From positions 64,001 to 128,000 of the IMG/VR virus record IMGVR_UViG_3300032240_001498: DNA of 64,000 nt; one strand, written 5' to 3'. Numbering within the stretch: the stretch's first letter is position 1; every line of letters starts with the position of its first letter. The position numbers and the translations under genes are program-made. Under the pieces are notes generated by a model. It was not told the DNA's origin and made no database searches. It saw only the letters and a list, made by a program, of their open reading frames with translations. The stretch is from a virus. Its lineage: Duplodnaviria > Caudoviricetes. Positions 10,601 to 17,900 of the stretch are shown piece after piece.

Positions 10601-11558
10601 CAGTAGATGGCAAATATTGGCCAATAGTTGAATTTTCTAAATATTTGTTGTAGACAGTTTGATAAGAAGTACTATCAACGATCTCATACCAGTTGATTGG
10701 ATCAACCCCAACTACCTGCGTAGCCAAGAATGATGTATAAAATAGTCTACCTTCATATGTACCACCAACGATAGGAACAACAATATGTTTTATTCCACCA
10801 GTTGTGTATGCATCTGTTGATCTTGAAAGTGTTACAGCGTTTGTTAGGCCTTTGCTTGACGCTGTAGAAACTGCACCAGTAATATTTCCCAATGCAGGAT
10901 TGCTCATTAAGAATGTTGAGCTGTCTAATATTTGAACAATCTTTGTGTTAAGACCAATAAACAAACTGGTAAGTGTACTACCTGCAACTAGATTGTTTGC
11001 ATCACCTACGTTATAAGTTGTAGCTGTGTAACTATTTTGAGTATAGTTTACCTGTGTGGTAACAACATTAGTAGCAAACGTTGATGTATAAACATAATAG
11101 ATACCATTGTCTCTTGGGTCATCTTGTGCTCTAACCAATAAACGGTCTAAATAATCTACATGATATCCGTCATATACTACTGTTGATGTTGATTGGTTAA
11201 GTAAAACGTTTCCAGTTGTAGCACGTTTTGCTTCAGTTTTGAAACCACTACCTTGAATACCTTGAGGAATATTAACAGGACCATTAAGTGTAATTGTACC
11301 TGTGCCGCTTGGATTAAGAGTTAAGTCGCCAGTTGGTGCCTGCGATGTGATAGTACCAGTGCTAAACGCAATTTGACCAAGTGTATTTGTGTATGTTGCC
11401 TGACCGTTAGGGCCAATTACTAAGGTGTAACCAGTGTTTGTTGTAGGTGAGGAACCCAAACCAGCCTGTGCTTGGCCTAGACTGATATAGTTGTTGATTA
11501 CCGTGTAATTAGTGCCTGGACTAATTAATTTTACACGACCGCTTAGTAATGATGGCAT
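4671..11558 (-). CDS. Giant tail-fibre-like protein (2295 aa) with many GALxVxGGVGxGxxLxxGG repeats
   Basis: ORF track. Gly/Thr/Val-rich repeats, two copies of a DPVIDIGTG...DNHAF(L/I)GRD...NIYPGG module, and a C-terminal LDTF...SAKYFIQ...EYG domain. Sits among virion genes. Confidence 0.8.
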   Translation of the reverse strand: MPSLLSGRVKLISPGTNYTVINNYISLGQAQAGLGSSPTTNTGYTLVIGPNGQATYTNTLGQIAFSTGTITSQAPTGDLTLNPSGTGTITLNGPVNIPQGIQGSGFKTEAKRATTGNVLLNQSTSTVVYDGYHVDYLDRLLVRAQDDPRDNGIYYVYTSTFATNVVTTQVNYTQNSYTATTYNVGDANNLVAGSTLTSLFIGLNTKIVQILDSSTFLMSNPALGNITGAVSTASSKGLTNAVTLSRSTDAYTTGGIKHIVVPIVGGTYEGRLFYTSFLATQVVGVDPINWYEIVDSTSYQTVYNKYLENSTIGQYLPSTGKFTNLTAINTATFTNATDSTATNNGAVIVTGGVGIQKSLFVGGATNIQGSLNVNSQANINPADATVSIQPTGIGTVTINPATKGTINNMDIGNSIAKNGTFVNLTANNQLLVTSTAQSTSTTTGAVQIAGGVGIGGNLVLGGQLIFSGLADEFVVNNFRAKGQVLFTTSTNSTSTTTGGLVVSGGVGIAQDLVLGGKLIFQGSGTNLSLSTLSVTSSSQSTSTTTGALTVVGGVGVGGNLTLGGQLIFSGAAGNLKVSTLAVTSTTNSTSTTTGAFTVTGGVGIGQDLVLGGSLVFTNASGTINAAQVHILGTQTSVSTQTGALVVDGGVGVAKDVVVGGNLDLGGQLTFNKSFTATFVALHITSTASDVTTFNNNAIYVEGGQAVKKDLSVYGNTVLYGNLTVAGTQTIVDSQNTYIIDPVIDIGTGVDNTPLLVNDGYDRGMLLHYSTGNGPQFDNHAFIGRDVTTGFLTYKVNIYPGGYENFPAQFANTGSFGTAQFGGLRLSGGAVALSTNTGDLQVLGGIGVTGGSYFGGTLTLGSPLANTTQTLNHALVVSSGGIGVAGASYFAGQVKFSNPQASTDPASGAVVLSGGLGVGGSIFSAGPMRITNGTASNSTGTGALVVAGGAGFNGDIYAHNIYTDAGLTQLANFNGGIISDPLFVNNTTTAISTTTGALRVAGGVGIGGALWVGGTANVSNLFVNGAAVLTTSSPTGFNGGTIIYPLQIGYTTSTLNTTGLTVNSGVNSFSTDSGAIVTIGGVGIAQDLHVGGTIYREGDITTANWGQTGIAVNLASAVYTDNQASGSFTNTNNVYVGQPIINSKYGSAYAQANTIFIEDAPKVKTTATTSIADSYAVWVNNGKVHIGSTASSATNYLNNALSVAGGIGIAGAIQASGPLNAPQVFDNGNRVVTFVNIVDGPGISSSPDISGGTTATITINNTGVLTANAGTGINIDRATGDVTISNVGVTKQEAGPGISISTSTGTVSIVNTGVLSLTAGTDTAVSFTTGNITVYSTATLASVTSRGATTTSTIRLTNTQTGLVVGGDAVFSGTVAVTGTLNIGGASISGGNATFTSLQAGDTLITGSLTVNGTSTFVNSQQLSIEDPVIDIGTGPNNTPLQTNDGKDRGLLIHYNTSSTTAYDNHAFLGRDAVSGKLTYKTNIYPGGNENVPNPYTYTGTVAGAVFSDLSLLGGIASTSPTTGDLQVAGGIGIGGASYLAGQTRFGSRLNANATATGAVIVDGGQSVSKDLYVGGNVIVRGFVLTTATAYNGGEVFNPVIVTNGTSATNTLTGALIVHDGGAGIGGDVWIGGALNAKSVLVDGKAITTDIHLVTGPGLVGAVTTSSGGVTITMTNTGILNLDAGPGISLANTGTSGVTTITNTGVLSISINGLGLKASTSTGSVVLTNIGVTAATAGSGISVNQSTGSIIITNVGVQSIGTIGGGITVTTSTGSVFLLNSGVTSLTAGTDTTVTASSGDITIWDSSTLQSVTGRGNITTHDIIIDSTTPTSNTASGALAVTGGVAVGQNLYAGGQIYAIGGYLGLNPPAIFINNTNVTVVDNANEHKVYVAINGTTTTTFDIVGEHILSTTQSTSTTTGALIVDGGVGLAKNIYVGGSATVANTLTVLSTSTMGSILPQPGGYYNLGSPTQRWGTLYINSATIDMGGLTLTSVNSVLQLPATNVYGTATSTSTITGALTLQGGLGLTGDIFARNSINGGDVTSTGTIYRSGNITKSSIGTQGFALDIANATYTDAGSNGTVAQTAISHFHGSTISATGGTVSYTNAASVYISSAPVAGNGNTTLNNSWALQINSGKTKLNDSSVANSTQSGALQVVGGVGIGGDLYVQNTLNVIGTTANIGNSEIFTFTSPALSTSNKINLDTFAVASYQSAKYFIQVVDNTAIGLANKMYVTELIVYHDSIGGVYISEYGMASNYGDLGTFDAVISGLNVQLTWQPNYTPTSMVVKVHRTTLSR

Positions 11559-11570
11559 CGTTAATTCCTA

Positions 11571-11957
11571 TTATGCGTTAGCTGTTTCTAAGATACTTAG
11601 AGTTAATTTTAATGAGTTGGTAGTATCAGCATACGCAACAACACTATCTAAACTTTCAATAATCATTTTACCTGGCAACATGTTTGACGCATCTTGCGGA
11701 GGAATTTGAAATCCTGAAACAATTTCTGTGGTAACGTTTGCCGCTTGCCCTCCGTTGCCCTGGGCATCAGGTAGGACCGGAAGATTCCTATGATGTGCAA
11801 AAGTTACAGCCGCTGTTGTTGCTGTTGATACGTTAGATACGTTTGCCATCAATACGATTGATGTAACTCCAACGGGTGCTGTGTAAACAAATGTATTTGT
11901 TTGTGTAGTCAAAACAAAAGTTTTTGTCTTGAATACGTTTAATGGAATTAATGCCAT
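11571..11957 (-). CDS. Small virion-associated beta-rich protein (128 aa), probable paralogue of 21644-21973
   Basis: ORF track, AAGGA SD. The pattern VYTAP..TSIV..ANVSN...GKMIIESLDSV resembles VYQSS..AITT..ICNT...EKFILEDQDSI in the 109-aa protein. Confidence 0.75.
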   Translation of the reverse strand: MALIPLNVFKTKTFVLTTQTNTFVYTAPVGVTSIVLMANVSNVSTATTAAVTFAHHRNLPVLPDAQGNGGQAANVTTEIVSGFQIPPQDASNMLPGKMIIESLDSVVAYADTTNSLKLTLSILETANA

Positions 11958-11969
11958 GTTATATTATCC

Positions 11970-14900
11970 TTATATTCCTTCAATTGCCAAGATGAACGGT
12001 GTCAAGTTAGCAAACAATGACTTAGTAAATGTACGTCCTGATAACACACCAGTTGCCTGGCTAATTACCAATCCTGGGCCAATACGGAAGTCACCGTTTT
12101 GGTCTGTTGATGTAAAGAACACCTTACCGTTATTCAACTGTATGGTTTCTCTTTCTTGTATCGGATCTGCTCGCCCTATCTGTGGCAATGCACCATAGTT
12201 AGAACCAGCACCAACATACTCAAACAAGTAGCCAGAAGCTGACATGTAAGAACGTTGATAGAAATTCAACAATGCCTTGTCTGGGAACAGAGCGGCATCT
12301 GTAATATTATCTTCTAATTCAACATAGTGATGTGTTCCTGCACGAGCATAGTAACTTTGACCAGCTAATACAGTATTATAATTGCCACCGCTTTCTAAAT
12401 CGGCTGCAACAGCGTCAAGGATGTATCCAACGTCACGCTTACATAGAGCTTGATTATATTCAAATCCATTGTACTTTCCATCAATGTATGTAATTACCTG
12501 ATTTATTAGAGCAGTCTTTTGCGATTGAATAATGTTGTATATTCCTCGCAGGACAGGAGTGGCCTGTGACACGCTTGGATATACAATAGCAGGAGCATAG
12601 CCTAGACCGTTTTGGATTATTCTAGTCAATATGCCAATTAGGTTAGTTAAGCCAGGCAGAGCATTTGCTCCATTGGTTATTGAACCATTGGTAAACTGAC
12701 TGTAGGTTGCTTGGAAGCTGTTTGCAGGATTTTGATTTTGAATAATCTGTCCCAGCAAATACAGCATGCGATTCCATGCACCAATGGTCTGTGTTTGTTC
12801 ATTTGGAATCAACGATGTTGCTCCGTTCCAATACAATTTTCCAGAGTCAACAGTCTGCCAGTTTCCTCCGTAGGTCAAGTCATATATTAGAGCCTGTAAT
12901 ACATAACCTATATCTCTACGACACTTGGCTTGGTCGTATGTAAACACATCAAAATTTTGACCAATGTAAGTAATAGCCTGGCTTGCGATTGCATTTGCAT
13001 TTGCGTTAATTGCAACGCCAGCCGCAAGTGTTGTTGCATTTACCCAACTTATGTCTGGCGTTGTAATAATAGGAGCCGATCTAGGTCCACTACCAACAAT
13101 GTTACTCATTTCTGTAATTAGCAATGCCACTGTAGCACTTGCATTTGCTCCGTTGATGTAAGAACCGTTCTTATATTGAGCGACAATATTGCTGGTCTGA
13201 TAAGACACTAACGGAGACAAGTTAATTATAATGCGTTGGCAAATTGTGTTAATATAGTTAATGGCCGCAACAGTCTGTGTTTCTTCATTTGGAATAGTGC
13301 TGACATTATTGTTCGCACTATCAAAATATTGCAGGGCCGCATCAACACTCATAGAGTTTCCACCATAAGTGATATCATAGATAAGCGCCTGCATTAGATA
13401 ACCAACATCACGTTTGCATTTTGTACGATCATATACAAAGCCGCCTGCTGTATAAGTTGTGTATACATAGGCTTCTACTTCTGCTTGAATAAATGCAATA
13501 TTATTTTGCAATAATAAACTTGCACTATCAAATCCAGACGCAATATTTGAAGGTAGTGTATAGGTCACAGTCGGTGATACGCTTACTCCATTTTGCAATA
13601 TGTTATTGATTGTTGCAATATCAGTATTCAAGGCAGTTGTTGCTACAGGACTTGCTACCACTGCTGGCAATAATAATGCACTCGATTTAATAAAATTAAA
13701 TGCCGCAATCGTTGCAGATTTTTCATAGGTTAATACATTACCTGCATTGCCAAGATAATATGCTTGACCAGCTTTTACTGCACGATAGTTTGTGCCTAAC
13801 AAGGTATCCCAGTGTACAGCATCTAAAATGTAACCCATATCTCTCTTACACTTAACTGAGTCATATGTAAACACTGGATATGTGTAGTTGATCCATCCAA
13901 TTAATTCTTCTGTGATAAAAGATATGTTATTATTAATTAAACTGATGGCTCCGACAATGCTTGAATCCAATCCTGCAGGAGCTGGCATAGAGTATGCAGG
14001 ACCCGCGCCGTCTCCAGCATTAATAATATTTTGAATATAGATAGAGTCTAAGTTAATAACACTAATAGCAGATGTAACTGTGCTAATACCAGCTAACTGG
14101 TTAGTGATTGCACCTAGTTTGCTAATTGCATCTGTAGTCTGTGCCTTTTCGTTTTCTAAAACGTACTTGCTACCTGCAACATTTCTATTGTATGCTTGTC
14201 CAGATTTAATAGCTTGATAATTAGACTGGAAGGCTACATCGTATGCAAAACTATCTAGAATATATCCTAGGTCACGTTTGCAGACAGCATGATCGTAAAC
14301 AAAATACAAACTATTAATATATTCTACAATTTCAGTTTGCAAGAACAGTTTGTTTGATCTTAGCAATGAAGATGAATCTTTTGCACCCGGTGCTACTATT
14401 CCTGTTTTTGCAATCGTAGGAACTGCGCTTGGGCCAGTGTTGATTATATTTTCTAAAGTTGTAAACAGTTGTCCCATTCTTACAGTTGATTGTCCGCCTG
14501 TTGCTAGGGCAATATTTGTAAATTGTGTTATAGTTGACTGAAATGCATTGATTAACTTGTTAGATACAATGCTGTTTGTTAGAGAATTTAGATAGGTGAT
14601 CGCTTGAATCTCTTCAATCGTTTGATCATTTCCTTGCTCAGTTGCACTTGCTCCAATTAGTTTTGTGCCCGGAGTAATAGGATCAGGCGCTAATGTACTT
14701 CCTCTAATAGTGTAATAGGCATTGCCTGTAACATACATGGTAAAGAAATTAACGTTAGCTGGATCGCCGCCACCTGCGTTAATAGGCTGACTAAGTGATA
14801 TCTCTTTGAAGTTAACATCAGTAATAGTTGTACCTGTACTAATATATAGATTACCAAATAAATCTCTATAGCTACCAAATTGGTCACGTGCATATAGGCT

Positions 14901-17900
14901 TTGTCCAATAACAATACCAGTTGTGTCAATACCGCTAATACTAATACTGCCAGTAGTCAGTGTACCAGTGTTAACGATTGCTGATAAGAATCCTGGAAGA
15001 CCCTGTGCATTTCTATAAGTTTCAGGAACTTCGACTTCCATAACTTGACCAATGTGTGGTCTGTCTGCAGGATCTGGACAATACACTTCGACTCGTTGGT
15101 TCTGTGGGAAGAATCCGTTTGGATAGTAAGGTAGTACTGGTGGGTTAGTAACTTCGCCAAAGAAACTACGCTTGCCGTAGCCCTTAGATACTAGACAGTA
15201 GTCACCAAAGTTGGCGTTTGAGTTAGTGATAGAACAAATACCGCCGTTCTCTACCAGTACAGAAGTACCGCAGAAAATCGTAAACACAGACACCAGCTGT
15301 GCATAGCCGTTGTTTGTAATATGGATGCCGATACCACCTTGGTTAACTTGCGTAAACGCATCATAAACGAAAGATTGAATTGGTGAACGATCACTAATCA
15401 CACCACCATCTACTAATGAGCCACCAATAGATCCCCACGGATCAACTTTTCGATCGGAATATATATCTGGTACGTCTTTGTCTTGTAAAGGATAAACTGA
15501 TGTTTGACCAAAGTATATGGTCTGGTTGATACCAGGACCTTGAGTTGGAACATCCAATGTAATTCGATATTGTTTAGAACCTAAGCTATCAGCTTGTAGA
15601 ACTGTTGAAGCAACTTGCGTGTAGTCGGCTGATGTTGGACTTAGTGCAGAAAATGCACCTGCACCTTCATATCCAATTGGACTAAATGCAGGACCTTTAG
15701 TAACAATAGTTGTAAATGTATCTATCAATCTATTGATATTGTCAATGGCATAGATACCGCCACCAAAGTATGTGTTAATAGTTTGAGGAGCATTTCCTAA
15801 TGCTGTCACTGTTTGATTTTGTACAATCTGCAATGATAGAGATTTAAGATAAGTCAGTGCGGCATTGAATTGAGGAAGCTGATCGTAGACAACATTAACG
15901 CCGCCCGTCCAATAACTTTCACCTGCTTCTATAATTTTTCTATTGCCACCCACTAATAAATCTTGACTGATCGCATCAATAATTAATCCTGTATCGCGGT
16001 AGCATTTTTCTTGATCATAGTTAAAGCCTTTGTTGCCTTGATAGTTAGGGAATGAACTGTTAACATAGGCAATAATTTCGTCTCTGATAAACTGTTTATT
16101 CAATGTCAATAGCGTTTGGGCATTGATAATATTTTGATCTGTATTACGAGTTAGGCTAACTGGCATTTTTTCACCCACAACCGATGGTCCGTTGTTGATG
16201 ATATCTAATAACAATCTAACCATTGCGTCTAATGCAGATGCTGTTTCGATCACTGCCGGAGAACTGTTAAATTGTTGAGGTGTTAGATTGCCTTGGCTAA
16301 CCTGTATTGGAGAGTTGGTGATAATATCTCCAAGGATTTCACCTAGCCGTAGATAAGCCGCAAGTGTCTGCTGATTTTCTCCAGGAATAGCCGATGGTCC
16401 GCTGAACGAATAGTAATAGACTCCACTGGTAATAGCTTGTCTGTTTCCGCCCCATAGTAAATCAAAGCAAACAGAATCAATCATGTAGCCTACGTCGCGA
16501 GCACATTTGGTTTTGTCGTATACAAAACCAGATGTCTTGGTTGTTTCAACAAACGCAATTGCCTCAGCTTGGAAATATGCCTTGTTGGTTTGCAAGATAT
16601 TGTAGGCGTTTTGAGCATTGGCGGAAACTATGGCCAAACCGTTTGGAACAACCTTGTCCGATATGCCAACTGTGCCTGTAGTTAAAATGTCAGTGATTAT
16701 TTTAAACTCAGTGTCTAAGACACTGGCTTCAGATAGTGTAGCAGATGGTAAATTTATTATTTGAGTAATAGTATTTTGATAACGAACACCTACTGTATTA
16801 ACAACGGCTTCTTTAGTCATTGTTTTTACAAAATTTATTGCGTTAGTGGTAGTAGTTAATTCGGTGCCAATTATACCTGTGTAGCCAGATTGGTTCCAAT
16901 ATTGTAGTCCAGCGAATGTGGTATTGGTATAGCCGTTGGCGGACCATCCCAGGTCAGTTATAAATCCGTCAACCAATAGGCCTGTATCACGTGAGCACTT
17001 GGCTTGATTATATTGGAAGCCGCCACCGTTATAAGTATTTTGAGTAAACTGCACCAATTCATTTGCAATAAAATCTCTATTGGCTTCTAACAATGCATAG
17101 GCACGTTTAACGTTTTCATTAGTACTTGGTGTTAGACTAATCGGAGTCAGTGTCGAAGCCACACTCGGACCGTTAGTAATGATATTTGATATTTTTGCAA
17201 TCTTAGCTCTGGCTAAAGTTACTTCTGTACTGGTAGCTGGTGGAAGATCAATTACCTGATCAATCAAATTATTAAGACTACGGCCTACAGGAGTGGCAGT
17301 GATAATTCCCGAAACAATATCACTTAAACGAGTGTATGCGGCTATAGTTGCTGTGGTCTCTGCAGGAGTTTGTACAGATGATACTGCACTAAAACTATAA
17401 TAGTCAACACCTGACATGATACTCTGGCGGTTGCCCCCGTATAAGCAGTCAAAACTTATACTATCGACCATGTAGCCTACATCACGTGAGCACTTGGCTT
17501 GATCGTAAACAAAGCCGGCTGTCTTTGTTGATTCAACAAACGCAACAACTTCTGCTTGCATGTAGCCTTTGTTATTTTGTAACTGAGTATAGGCATGAAC
17601 TATTCTAGGATCGTTAGTTGCTGATCCGCTTGGTACTATCTTGTCAGTGACTCCAACTGTACCATTGTTTATGATATCTAAGATTAAACTAAAATTTTCA
17701 CCGATAGACGCGGCAACTTCAGCTGTACTAGGAGCAACTGATGTATTTTGTGTTGATACTGATTGATAGCGAGGACCAGACACATCATTTAAAATAATCT
17801 TTTGAGCCAGACTGCTTAGATAAGAAATAGAATTAGTTGTTGTAGTTAATTCACTTGCAATTGACCCTGTATAGCTACTCTGTGACCAATATTGTAGTCC